Source: Trueperaceae bacterium (lineage in GTDB: Bacteria; Deinococcota; Deinococci; Deinococcales; Trueperaceae). Taken from it: 64,000 nt of DNA. Under the pieces are notes generated by a model. The model saw only the letters and a list, made by a program, of their open reading frames with translations. It did no database searches and had not been told where the DNA came from. Made by a program: the position numbers and the translations under genes. Numbering within the stretch: position 1 is the first letter of the stretch; the number at the start of each line of letters is the position of its first letter. Below, in pieces: positions 38,054 to 47,488 of this stretch. The DNA is taken from NCBI GenBank assembly GCA_034521815.1, contig JAXHLW010000013.1, forward strand, positions 288,001 to 352,000, read 5' to 3'.

Positions 38054-38074
38054 CTCCCGCGTCGTTCGCGGGAG
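38054..38074 (+). terminator. GC-rich hairpin after rpoC
   Basis: CTCCCGCG-tcgtt-CGCGGGAG; no U-tract. Confidence 0.45.
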
Positions 38075-38147
38075 GCGACAGCCACGAAGCAGCGGCCCGC
38101 CGGCGTTGTCCGGCGGGCCGCTCGCGTGCACGCGGTACGCTCCAGAG

Positions 38148-38576
38148 GTGTGCGCGGCGTTCCCAGGCGAGGTCAGCGAGACGGAGCCGACCCGTCGGCG
38201 CGTCGCCGCGTTCGATCCCGGGCGCAACGTCGGCTTCGCTCTCGTGGACGGGGGCGGACGTGCGCTGCGGCGGGCCGTGCTGACGCTGGCGGACGTGCCG
38301 ACCTGGCCACTCCCGGACGACTGCGAGGTGGTGATCGGGTCGGGCACCGGACGCGCCGATCTGCGTGCGGCGCTGATGGCACGAGGCCTGACGGTCCACG
38401 AAGTGGACGAGCGCGAGACGACGCTACGCGCGCGCGAGCTGTGGCGGAGGACGATCGCTCCGCGCGGCGGCCAGCGGCTGTTGCCGCCCGGCTTGAGGTC
38501 GCCGCCGCGTCCGATCGACGACTACGCGGCGTGGGCGATCGCGCTTCGCTACCTGGGAATCGTCTCCGAGGCGTGA
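38148..38576 (+). CDS. YqgF/RuvX-like RNase H-fold protein
   Basis: AAFDPGRNVGFALVD, VIGSGTG, VDERETTLRARE, RPIDDYAAWAIA; TACGCT-N6-GTG start. Confidence 0.75.
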   Translation: MCAAFPGEVSETEPTRRRVAAFDPGRNVGFALVDGGGRALRRAVLTLADVPTWPLPDDCEVVIGSGTGRADLRAALMARGLTVHEVDERETTLRARELWRRTIAPRGGQRLLPPGLRSPPRPIDDYAAWAIALRYLGIVSEA

Positions 38577-38590
38577 CCGCGAAGGTCGCG

Positions 38591-39097
38591 TCAGTTCAGG
38601 ACTTCGTCCTCGCTGACGTCCATCATCGCGCGTGCTTCGTCGGTGCTGATGTCCAGGACGGCGCTGATCTCGCCGGCCAGAAGACGGAGCGCACGCCGAT
38701 ACGCCTGGCGGTCCAAGTCGGGAAGGCCTCGCTCCAGATCCCAGCGACGAAGCTCGCTGGCGAGCGTCGCGATCTGGTACGGGTCGCCCGAGGTGAGGAT
38801 GTCCGTCACGCGGCGGTGACGTGCCGCCCACTGCTTGGGAAGGTTGATGCGACCGTTCGAGAGGCGCTCGAGGACGCTGTGGACCTCGTCTTCGGTCAGC
38901 GCCGCGCGAAGGCCGGCCTGCTGCGGCGCGCTCACCGGCACGTACGCCCGGGAGGTGCCGTTCGGGAAGTCGACCTGGTAGTACTGGTGATCGGCGCCCG
39001 CGACCGTCTTGGTCGTCGTGCCTGCGACGATGCCGACGCCGTAGGGCGGTAGCACCACTTGATCACCGTTCTTGAACGCCTTGCCGGAATTCTCCAC
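38591..39097 (-). CDS. carD: CarD family transcription factor
   Basis: FKNGDQVVLPPYGVG, AYVPV...GLR, KQWAARHR (conserved Trp). Confidence 0.92.
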   Translation of the reverse strand: MENSGKAFKNGDQVVLPPYGVGIVAGTTTKTVAGADHQYYQVDFPNGTSRAYVPVSAPQQAGLRAALTEDEVHSVLERLSNGRINLPKQWAARHRRVTDILTSGDPYQIATLASELRRWDLERGLPDLDRQAYRRALRLLAGEISAVLDISTDEARAMMDVSEDEVLN

Positions 39098-39261
39098 GCG
39101 GGCTCCTTGTCAGGCTCGGACACGGTTCGTCCCGCCGGGCGGTCGGCGGGTCGGGTCCATCACCGAGGGATCTACCGAGAGTAGGGGGATCGAGCGTCGG
39201 GGGATGTGGCGCGCCGTGCCGGCTTTGAAGCTTGGTTGGCACGTCACCATGATCACGCGCA

Positions 39262-40203
39262 TCATTCTAGCAGATCGCGGCGCACGTCGGGCCGCCTGGG
39301 GGCACCCGAACGGGCAGCCACCGGCTCTCCGCGTCGACGATAGCGGACCACCAGCGCGACGCCGATCAGCAGGACGGGCGCACCGGCCAGCACGCCCGGT
39401 CCGGGAACCTCGGCGAACAGCAGCAACGCCAGCAGGCCCGCGCCGATCGGCTCCAGCAGCGTCACCGTCGCGACCAGGGTGGGATCGAGATGGCGGTTCG
39501 CCCAGTTCAGGCCGCCGTGCCCGATCAGCTGCGGCGCCAGCGCCATCGCGGCGATCCAGAGCCAGGTCTCGGCGGGCCACGCGACGTACGGGACGCCCAG
39601 GAGCGCGGGCAGCGGGAGCAGCACGACGGCGGCGGTGGCGTAGGCGACGCCGGCGTAGGCGGAGGTCGAGAGGCCGGCGCGCTGCGCACGGCGGCCCAGC
39701 AGGAAGTAGCCGGAGACCGACCAAGCGCCCAGGAGCGCCAGCGCATCGCCTAGCAGGGGAGCGCTCCCGCCGTGCAGATCGCCGAAGCCGATCGCGGCGC
39801 CCCCGGTCAGCGCCAGCGCCAGCCCGATCAGGACCCCACGGGTAGGCCGCGTTCCGCCGATCCACGCCAGCAACGCGACCCAGATCGGCACGGTCGTGAC
39901 CAGGGTGACGCTGGCGGCGACGGTCGTGTACGCCAGGGAGCTGAGCCAGGTCGCGAAGTGCACCCCTAGCAGCACCCCCGCGAACAGGGCGGGCCGAAGC
40001 GCCGCTGCGCTCGGCGGTGCGCGGCGAAGGCCGCGAAGGCCTGCCGGAGCGATCAGGAGCGTGGCGATCACCATGCGCCACAGCGCGACGACGCCGCCGG
40101 GCGCGTCCGCGAGCCGGGTGAAGATCGCCGCCATGCTGATCGCGAGCACGGCGGCGGAGAGGACCAGCGCGAGACGGCCCGCCGAAGGCGCGGAGGAAGG
40201 CAT
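39262..40203 (-). CDS. DMT/EamA family transporter
   Basis: About 10 TM helices, HFATWLSSLAYTTVAAS, QLIGH, LLEPIGA. Confidence 0.88.
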   Translation of the reverse strand: MPSSAPSAGRLALVLSAAVLAISMAAIFTRLADAPGGVVALWRMVIATLLIAPAGLRGLRRAPPSAAALRPALFAGVLLGVHFATWLSSLAYTTVAASVTLVTTVPIWVALLAWIGGTRPTRGVLIGLALALTGGAAIGFGDLHGGSAPLLGDALALLGAWSVSGYFLLGRRAQRAGLSTSAYAGVAYATAAVVLLPLPALLGVPYVAWPAETWLWIAAMALAPQLIGHGGLNWANRHLDPTLVATVTLLEPIGAGLLALLLFAEVPGPGVLAGAPVLLIGVALVVRYRRRGEPVAARSGAPRRPDVRRDLLE

Positions 40204-40246
40204 GCCGGCAACTGTATCCTGCCGCCTCAGGGGTGCAGTGGGGTCG

Positions 40247-40333
40247 CTCAGCCGCGCAGCATCAGCCGCGCAGCATCAGCCGCGCAGCATCAGCGCCGCG
40301 CTCCGTCAGCCGCGCTCCATCAGCCGCGCAGCA
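40247..40333. repeat. 14-bp tandem repeat (TCAGCCGCGCAGCA) copying the 3' end of the DUF423 gene
   Basis: Three near-perfect copies, degenerate copies and the gene's own terminal copy; no spacers. Confidence 0.85.
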
Positions 40334-40766
40334 GTCGCCAGGCGGCGATGGCCCAGCCCGTGATCAGCAGCACGCCGCCCAGCGGCGCCACCGCGCCGAA
40401 CGCGGACACGTCCAGCGCGACGATCAGGTACAAGCTGCCCGAGAACAGCACCGTTCCGGCCAGGAGCCAGGGGGCGGCCGCCCGCACGGGCCGAGGCAGC
40501 ACGGAGACGAGCAGCAGCGCCAGGGCGTGATGGGCCTGGTATCGGACCGCGGTGTCGAACGTCGCGAGGCGCGCTTCGCTCAGGAGCGGTTCCAGGGCGT
40601 GCGCTCCGAACGCGCCGAGCGCCACGGCCAGGCCCGCGAGCACGGCTCCTGTGGCTGCCCAGCGGCGGTCGTACGCGGCGCCGTCATACGCGGTGCCATC
40701 GTGCGCGGCGCCGTCGTGCGCGGCGCCGTCGGCACGAACGTCGCTGGAGCGCTCGCCACCGGTCAC
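40320..40766 (-). CDS. DUF423 (YgdD/TMEM256) membrane protein
   Basis: AVALGAFGAHAL, FDTAVRYQAHHAL, GTVLFSGSLY, APLGG. Confidence 0.9.
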   Translation of the reverse strand: MTGGERSSDVRADGAAHDGAAHDGTAYDGAAYDRRWAATGAVLAGLAVALGAFGAHALEPLLSEARLATFDTAVRYQAHHALALLLVSVLPRPVRAAAPWLLAGTVLFSGSLYLIVALDVSAFGAVAPLGGVLLITGWAIAAWRLLRG

Positions 40767-41518
40767 GACGACCGTCCTGCCGCTGTCGCCAGGTCGGTGG
40801 CCGGGCCGGTGGTCGGGCCGGCGCTCGTGGATGCGGGGCGCGGGTCCGTCGAGGGCTCGTCGGCCAGGCGGCCGTCCACGAGCCGAAGCCGAACGTGCGC
40901 GGCGGCGGCGACCTCCGGATCGTGCGTGACCACCACGACCGTACGCCCCTCGGCAGCGACCTCCTGCAGCGCGGCGACGACCTGCGCGCCCGACGACCGG
41001 TCCAGATTGCCGGTCGGCTCGTCGGCGAACACGACGTCCGGATCGTTCGCCAGCGCTCGCGCCAGCGCGACGCGCTGGCGCTCTCCGCCGGACAGGCGGC
41101 TCGGGAGCGCCGCCGCCCGGTGCGCGACGCCGAAGCGGTCTAGCAGCGCGATCGCCCGCGCCTCGCGGCGAGCACGGTCGACGCCGGCCAGTCCCATCGG
41201 AAACGCCACGTTGCTTCGGGCGGGCAGGACCGAGATCAGGTTCGATGCCTGGAACACGAACCCGAAGCGGTGCAGCCGGAGCTTCGCGAGCTCGCGTTCG
41301 GGGAGGGCGCCCAGAGGCTCGTCACCCAGCGTGACCTGGCCCGAGGTCGGTCGGTCGAATCCGGCGAGGAGGTTCAGGAGCGTCGACTTGCCCGATCCGG
41401 AGGGCCCCATCACGGCGGTGACGAGGCCCGACTCGAACAGGTGCGAGACGCCGCGCAGGGCCTCGACGTCTCCGGCGGGCGTGGCATAGGTCCTCACGAG
41501 GTCGACGGCGGCCAGCAT
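40763..41518 (-). CDS. ABC transporter ATP-binding protein (LolD/MacB-like)
   Basis: GPSGSGKST, FGFVFQASNL, LSGGERQRV, ADEPTGNLD, VTHD; TACGAT-N7-ATG start. Confidence 0.9.
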   Translation of the reverse strand: MLAAVDLVRTYATPAGDVEALRGVSHLFESGLVTAVMGPSGSGKSTLLNLLAGFDRPTSGQVTLGDEPLGALPERELAKLRLHRFGFVFQASNLISVLPARSNVAFPMGLAGVDRARREARAIALLDRFGVAHRAAALPSRLSGGERQRVALARALANDPDVVFADEPTGNLDRSSGAQVVAALQEVAAEGRTVVVVTHDPEVAAAAHVRLRLVDGRLADEPSTDPRPASTSAGPTTGPATDLATAAGRSS

Positions 41519-41598
41519 GACCGCCATCGTACCCGTCTCGCGGGTCGCGTCCGCGTCCCGGCCCACGGACCGACGGCAGGACCGGTGGCGCGCCTGGC

Positions 41599-43665
41599 TC
41601 AGCGTCCGCCGCCGCCGCCGCCACCGCCGCCGCCCCCGCCACCGCTGGACGAGCCGCCGGACGATGCCGATGCGGAGGCCGAGGAGAGCGCGCTGGACAG
41701 CGAGGACGCCGACTTGGCGAACGACGCCAGGTCGGAGGCGTTCGCGGCCGAGGCGCCCATCCAGGCGGCCTGCCGCGTCATCGTCCGGCTGTCGAGCCCG
41801 TGCTCGGGCGCGGCGCGCTCCAGGGTCTTGAGGAACTTCGCGGCGACGCCGAGCGCGACCGCGTACGAGAAGTACTGGTCCCACAGGCCGAAGAAGTCGT
41901 TCGGCGCGTCCTTCATGATGGTGTAGTCGGTCAGGGTGCGCTTGAACCCTTTCCACCCGGCGACCTCGCGCGCGATCTCGGGACGCCAGGAGGGGAGGGC
42001 GGCGGCGGCGGTCATCAACGTCACGAAGCTCGCGACGGTGACGCCGACCGATGCCACGGTCGCCGGCCCGTCGGTGAGCCAGATCCACAGGAAGCCGGCC
42101 ACCGCCACGGCGAGCGACCTCACGATCCAGCGCTGCGAGACCTTGCGGCTCTCCTCGCTCACCAGCTGGCCGCCGCGGGCCTCCTCGACGGTCTTCCGCA
42201 CCTTCCTCGCCCAGCGCTTCACGAAATCCTGCTTGCGTTTTCCGTAGCGCTTGAGCTCGCCGAGCTCCATGCGTAGATCGTCGCCCCGGCGGTGCATCTT
42301 CGCCGCCGCGCGGAGGTGGCCCAGCGCTTCGGTCTCGTAGTCGCGCAGCGGATCGTCCGCGGCGATCCGATCCGCCTCGTCCTGAGGCGGCAGGATCACC
42401 TCGAAGCGCCGTCCCTCGCCCTCGAAGCGGATGTGACCGCGGCGTGCGAGCTCCATCAGCACCGCCGAGAACGCCGGACCCGCGCCCTGGGCGTTGTTGT
42501 GGGTCTGGTAGGGGAACACGGCCACCTGGGGCGGCGCCATGTCCGAGGGCGGCTCGAACGGGTACTGCATCGACTGGACGTCCGGCTCGCGGCCCACGCG
42601 GAGGTACGCCTGGAGCACGCTCCAGGCGAGCCAAAGCCAGGCGAGGACCAGCGGCAAGGCCGCCAGCGGGTGCCGGAGGATCCGTTCGATCAGACCGCGC
42701 CGCGTGACCGAGGCGGTCGCGGTTCCGATGGTGCCGTCCTCGGCGTAGGCGAGCACGTCGAACGTCGTGGTGCCGGTGCCGACCGATCCGAGCGGACAGC
42801 GGAAGGTGGTCGTCCCTTCGCATTCGACCGCCTGCCCGCCACGGGTGGTGAGCGTGACGCGCTCCACGGGTGCGTCGCCGGCCCGCGCCGAGCCACGTAC
42901 CTCGACGTCGCCACCCCCGACCTCGCCGGGACCAATGATGATGACCTTCGGCGCGCCGGGCACGCCGATGTTCGCGATCCTCGCCTCGTCCTGCAGGTAC
43001 GTCTCGAGACGTTGGCCGCTGCCCCTGAGCTCGAACAGGGAGGGCGGCATGAGGTAGCGGATCTCGACGCCCTCGCCGGCAGGAATCCGGTCGAACGCGA
43101 CCTCGAGCCGGTCGCGCTCCTCGCTCAGCTCGACGGTGGGCAGCTCGGCGTTGCCGAACCGATGGACGTACGCGTCGTAGGGCGCCTCCATCGGGCCGGG
43201 GGTGGTGACGGTGAGCTGGTAGCCCAACGCCGGCGGGTTCCCCTGGCCGTAGATCTGCCAGTACCACTGGACGACGTCGGCGTGCGCCTGAAGGGCGCCG
43301 TCCAGCCGGTACCGGAAGCGCACGCGCCGCTCCTCGACCCGGCTGTCCTGGGCGACGACGAGCTCCGTGCCGGCGGCTCCCGATTCGCAGCCCTGCTGGT
43401 AGGCGCGCGCGTCCGGTCCGGACGACACCGCGCCGCTGCCGTCGAGCAGCGTGATTCCGATCTCGGGACCGTGCTCGATGCACACGAACGCTTCGCCGAA
43501 GTCCTCGTCGGTCCATAGGGTACGTACGTCGTCGACGACGATCGAGCCGTCTGCGCGGATCTGGACGGTCTGCTCGACGTCGCGCCACTCGAAGCGCGCG
43601 TGCGCGGTCGCGACGACCAGCGCGACGCTCAACAGGACCAGGATTCGGGTGAGACGATGAGGCAC
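41599..43665 (-). CDS. DUF2207-family membrane protein with an extra Ig-like segment
   Basis: Signal peptide, V.IRADGSIVV, WKGFKRTL.DY, LWDQYFSYAVALGVA, C-terminal SSGG...GGGGGG tail. Confidence 0.82.
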   Translation of the reverse strand: MPHRLTRILVLLSVALVVATAHARFEWRDVEQTVQIRADGSIVVDDVRTLWTDEDFGEAFVCIEHGPEIGITLLDGSGAVSSGPDARAYQQGCESGAAGTELVVAQDSRVEERRVRFRYRLDGALQAHADVVQWYWQIYGQGNPPALGYQLTVTTPGPMEAPYDAYVHRFGNAELPTVELSEERDRLEVAFDRIPAGEGVEIRYLMPPSLFELRGSGQRLETYLQDEARIANIGVPGAPKVIIIGPGEVGGGDVEVRGSARAGDAPVERVTLTTRGGQAVECEGTTTFRCPLGSVGTGTTTFDVLAYAEDGTIGTATASVTRRGLIERILRHPLAALPLVLAWLWLAWSVLQAYLRVGREPDVQSMQYPFEPPSDMAPPQVAVFPYQTHNNAQGAGPAFSAVLMELARRGHIRFEGEGRRFEVILPPQDEADRIAADDPLRDYETEALGHLRAAAKMHRRGDDLRMELGELKRYGKRKQDFVKRWARKVRKTVEEARGGQLVSEESRKVSQRWIVRSLAVAVAGFLWIWLTDGPATVASVGVTVASFVTLMTAAAALPSWRPEIAREVAGWKGFKRTLTDYTIMKDAPNDFFGLWDQYFSYAVALGVAAKFLKTLERAAPEHGLDSRTMTRQAAWMGASAANASDLASFAKSASSLSSALSSASASASSGGSSSGGGGGGGGGGGGGR

Positions 43666-43730
43666 GGGTTCCTCCTAGCGGGACACGGTACTTGTCACGG
43701 CTGGGCGGGCGGCGGGACCTGAACGGATTC

Positions 43731-44888
43731 TCAGGTTCCCCACGATACGGCGTCGGCGATCTGGATGCGTGCTGCGCGCGCGGACGGAGCGAGTCCGGAG
43801 AGGACGCCCATCCCCAGCGCGACCAGCAGCGAGAACAGCACCAGGCGGGGGGTCACGGCGGCGACGTCCAAGCCGATCAGGTCGGTCGCGACGAGGTTCA
43901 CTCCCTGAGCGCCCAGCCAGCCCAGCGCCACGCCGACGGCGCCGCCGACGATCGACAGGAGCACGCTCTCGGTGAGGACCACCGCGAACAGGAAGCGGGG
44001 GCGCGCGCCCACCGCCCTCACCAGGCCGAACTCGCGGGTGCGCTCGAACACGCTCATCAGCACCGTGTTCGCGACGGCGATCGCTCCGACGATCAGGGCG
44101 ATGGCGCTGATGCCGAGCCGCACCACGTCGGTGATCCGGATGCCACGCTCGATCACCTCCAGCACGTCGCCGGCGGTCTGGACGCCCAGGTCGGGGAACC
44201 GCTCGCTCAGGGCTTCGGCCGCCTCCTGGGCTCGTCCGGGCTCGGCCAGGTCGACGACCAGGAAGCTGACGCGGTCGGTGGCGCCGATCGCCCGCTGGAG
44301 CGACGTGAGCGGCACGAGGATGCCGTTGGACAGCAGGCCACCGCCGGCATCGGCCAGGCCGACGATCTCGAACGACGACTCTGGATTCAGCCGAAGGGTG
44401 TCGCCGATCTCGAGCCGGTTCCGCTCGGCCGCCTGCCGTCCCACCACGGCGACCTGCCTCCCTGCGTCGCCAGGCCCAAGCCCGCGACCGGCGGCGACCT
44501 CGTAGCCGGGGTAGATCGTCTCGACCTCGACGTCGACCGGAATCCCCTGGAACGCGAACGAGGAGCTGGGCGTGAAGCCGCCGCGCAGGTAGAGGACCAG
44601 CGGGACGACGGAGACGACGCCGTACGGCTCGGCGGCTTCGCGGACCTCGGCGACGAGCTCGATCGGCAGCTCGGGCACCGATCCGAAGGCGGACGTCTCG
44701 AACGGTCCGTAGCTGATCTGCAGCTCAGCGCCGATCCCGCCGAGCTCCTCGGCGAACGCGCGGCGGAGCCCTTCGCCCAACGACAGGAACACCACCATCG
44801 AGCCCACGGCGATCGCGATGCCGGCCGCGGTGAGCACGGTGCGGAGCGGCCTATGCCGCAGCGCGTTCAGCGCGAGATCCCAGACCAT
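43731..44888 (-). CDS. ABC transporter permease (FtsX/MacB family)
   Basis: RPLRTVLTAAGIAIAV, VANTVLMSVFERTREFGLVRAVGA, PSARAARI. Confidence 0.9.
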   Translation of the reverse strand: MVWDLALNALRHRPLRTVLTAAGIAIAVGSMVVFLSLGEGLRRAFAEELGGIGAELQISYGPFETSAFGSVPELPIELVAEVREAAEPYGVVSVVPLVLYLRGGFTPSSSFAFQGIPVDVEVETIYPGYEVAAGRGLGPGDAGRQVAVVGRQAAERNRLEIGDTLRLNPESSFEIVGLADAGGGLLSNGILVPLTSLQRAIGATDRVSFLVVDLAEPGRAQEAAEALSERFPDLGVQTAGDVLEVIERGIRITDVVRLGISAIALIVGAIAVANTVLMSVFERTREFGLVRAVGARPRFLFAVVLTESVLLSIVGGAVGVALGWLGAQGVNLVATDLIGLDVAAVTPRLVLFSLLVALGMGVLSGLAPSARAARIQIADAVSWGT

Positions 44889-44894
44889 CCCGGG

Positions 44895-46116
44895 TCAGGG
44901 AGCGGGGAACGCGCGTCCGGTGACGGCGCCGCCCGATCCCAGCGGATCGACCGGCTGGCCGTCCACGGTGATGTCCACGCCGCCGGCGTTCCCGAGGTGA
45001 ACGTAGACGGGCCGCTGGAACACGAAACGCTCGCCCGGCTGGGCCGTGGTGTAGACGAGCCGTTCACCCTCGCCGCGGCTGGTGCTCTGGTACGCCTCGA
45101 GCCAGCTGGCCTCGCGCACTTCGACCACGACGCCCTCGGCAGACGGCGGCGGGTCGTCGACCGACGCCGAGGTCGCTACGGGCTCCAGCGCCACGACGAT
45201 CGAGCGGTCCCGGGTCATGTCGACGGTCGCCTCGTAGGGAAGGTAGCCGTCGCGGACCACGCGGAGCGTGCGCTCGGCGCGAGCCGTGACGGGAACGTCG
45301 CTGATCGGCGTCGTCCCCGGCAACGGGAACGCGTCGACCGATACCTCCGCGCCGGGCGGATCGCTTTCGATGGTGAGCCGGATCTCGTCCGGCAGCGCAG
45401 CGCCGCCCGGCAGGGCGGGAGCCGCGAGGCCCGGCAGCTCCGCATCGGCCGAGGGGTCGCTCGTCGTCGGCGCGCCTTCGACGTCGGGCGTTCGCTCGGC
45501 GGCAGGGCGGTCGGGGCGGAACAGCAGCTGGTTGAAGCCCCACACCGCGGTGCCGACCAGCGCTCCGGCCAAGATCAGGGTCATGATCAGCGGCGCGACC
45601 TGTCGCGCCACCACCGCGCCCCGACCCGTCAGGCGCCATCGGTCGCGACGCGGCCCTTGGCGGACGCTCGGTTCGCGCTCCGCTGCGCTGGCCGGCGGCG
45701 GACGAACCGGAGGGCTCGGCTCCGGCCGTCGCTGCGTCCCTCGCAGCGCTGCTGTCGCCATTCGGCGCAGAAGCAGGGGCGGAGGCCGTCGCGGAGGCAT
45801 GCGCGGAGGCTCGCTGGCCCGCCTCGGTGCGGAACACGCCGGTGGACTTGGCGCGCGGTGCACGCAGGGCGCCGAAGCGTGCCAGCGCGTCGTCCGCGTC
45901 GACGCCGACGGTGCGCGCGTACAGGCGCAGGAAGTTCCGGGCGTACACGTCCTCGGGGAGCGCGTCGAGATCCTCGTCCTCGAGCGCTTGGAGGTAGGTC
46001 TTGCGCACGTGCGTGCGCTCGGAGATGGTGGCGAGGTCCAGGCCTGCCCGCTCGCGCGCGTCGCGCAGCAGGGCGCCCAGACCGTCGGGCGACGGGGCGT
46101 GGGGCTCGTGGGTCAT
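44895..46116 (-). CDS. rodZ: RodZ-like protein (HTH-TM-PEGA-DUF4115), net +1 frameshift at about 45640-45780
   Basis: N-terminal LGALLRDARE...YLQALE...LPEDVYARNFLRLYARTVG. Other frame: TM helix, IESDPPGAEV...TTP (PEGA), ASWLE...LGNAGGV.ITVDG. Length 1222 = 3n+1. Confidence 0.8.
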
Positions 46117-47018
46117 GCGGGGACTCCGGTTTCCCGCGGGGCGAGCGCGAGGGCGATTCGTGCGGCCAGGACGGCGTTCTCGTGCAGGAGCCTAACGTTG
46201 ACCTCGACCGTCGCACCGTCCGACCGGCGCGCCAGGGCGTCCAGCAGGAACGGCGTCGCGTCCTTGCCGTGCACCCCTTCGGCCTCCGCGTCGCGGCGGG
46301 CCGCGTCGAGCCACGACCGTAGCCGGTCTGGATCCAGACCGCTGGAGACGGGGTTGCTGATCAGGATCGCGCGGTCCAGAGCGAGCGCGTCTTGGGCCCG
46401 CTTCACCGCAGCGACCTCGGACGGCTCGTTCACCCGGGCGGCGACGGGAAGGTCGGTCGTCGGGACGTGGAAGCCCGCCAGTCGGTCCGAGCGGTACCCC
46501 AGCACCGGGACGCCGGCGGACTCGAGCCGTTCCAGCGTCGCGGCGGCGTCGAGGATGCTCTTCGGACCGGCGCAGACGGTCACCAGCGGGGTGCGGGCGA
46601 GCGCGGCGAGGTCCGCGGACTCGTCGAACGGGGCGTCGTGGACGCCGCCGATGCCGCCGGTCGCGAACACCTCGATGCCGGCCCGGTGGGCGGCGTGAAG
46701 CGTGGTGGCGACGGTGGTGCCGGCGTCGCGACCGCTGGCGCAGAGCGCAGCGAGGTTCCAGAGCGACGCCTTGTCGGCGCCCCCTGCCGCCAGGCGCGTC
46801 AGCTCGTCCTCGTCCAGGCCGATCACCAGCTCGCCGGCGATCACGCCGATGGTGGCGGGCACGGCGCCGGCCGAGCGCACGGCGCGCTCCAGTCCGAGGG
46901 CGAGCTCCAGGTTGGCGGGACGCGGGAGACCGTGGGTCACGACGGTGGACTCGAGCGCGACCACGGCCGCGCCGGTCTCGAGCGCCCTGCGTACGTGCGG
47001 TGCGATGCGCGGCGTCAC
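46113..47018 (-). CDS. psuG: pseudouridine-5'-phosphate glycosidase
   Basis: VVALESTVVTHGLPRP, GTTVATT, FATGGIGGVH, DESADL, GKDATPFLL. Confidence 0.93.
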   Translation of the reverse strand: MTPRIAPHVRRALETGAAVVALESTVVTHGLPRPANLELALGLERAVRSAGAVPATIGVIAGELVIGLDEDELTRLAAGGADKASLWNLAALCASGRDAGTTVATTLHAAHRAGIEVFATGGIGGVHDAPFDESADLAALARTPLVTVCAGPKSILDAAATLERLESAGVPVLGYRSDRLAGFHVPTTDLPVAARVNEPSEVAAVKRAQDALALDRAILISNPVSSGLDPDRLRSWLDAARRDAEAEGVHGKDATPFLLDALARRSDGATVEVNVRLLHENAVLAARIALALAPRETGVPA

Positions 47019-47090
47019 GGCGGCATGATAGCCCAGCCCGGCGCCGCCCTGGGCACGTGTCCGTGTTGCGGCGTGCTAGACTCGCCGGCC

Positions 47091-47420
47091 GTGAACGTGC
47101 CCGATCTCGGCACCCTGGTGCCGGTTCTCGAACAGCTCGGGTTCGGCCTCGTCGCCGGCTTCGTGGCGGGCTACGCCCTGAAGAAGCTCGGCAAGCTGGT
47201 GTCGCTGGCCGTGGGGCTTCTGTTCATCGCCTTGCAGCTGCTCGCCTGGTCGGGGTACGTGACGATCGAATGGGGACGCATGCAGCAGGACGTGGAGCCG
47301 ATGCTTCAGGCCTCGTCGTTGGACGAGGCGTGGAGGTCGCTCGTGGCGATCATGACGTACAACCTGCCGTTCGCCGCGGCGTTCGTACCGGGCTTCCTGA
47401 TGGGGCTTCGGCGCGGCTGA
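47091..47420 (+). CDS. FUN14 family membrane protein
   Basis: [25 protein letters not shown]...GYVTIEW, PFAAAF..GF..G. Confidence 0.82.
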   Translation: MNVPDLGTLVPVLEQLGFGLVAGFVAGYALKKLGKLVSLAVGLLFIALQLLAWSGYVTIEWGRMQQDVEPMLQASSLDEAWRSLVAIMTYNLPFAAAFVPGFLMGLRRG

Positions 47421-47425
47421 TAAGA

Positions 47426-47446
47426 TCTGAGCGACAGTCGCTCAAG
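47426..47446. promoter_or_regulatory. HAIR-like (HspR) operator
   Basis: TCTGAGC-N7-GCTCAAG versus consensus CTTGAGT-N7-ACTCAAG, immediately upstream of the -35. Confidence 0.55.
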
Positions 47447-47450
47447 CGAC

Positions 47451-47480
47451 TTGACAGGTAGCCTCCGACACGCATAGCAT
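47451..47480 (+). promoter_or_regulatory. groESL promoter
   Basis: TTGACA-18 nt-TAGCAT. Confidence 0.75.
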
Positions 47481-47488
47481 GAGCGCAA

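Noticed and set aside
40247-40333. Possible CRISPR array
   Set aside because: Units are 14 bp and contiguous, with no spacers and no cas genes.
41599-41680. GCC/CCG-rich repeat
   Set aside because: Encodes the usual Gly/Ser tail of DUF2207 proteins.
40763-43588. 941-aa ABC ATPase fusion ORF
   Set aside because: Only the last ~250 aa are the ATPase; the rest is an off-frame overlap with the DUF2207 gene.
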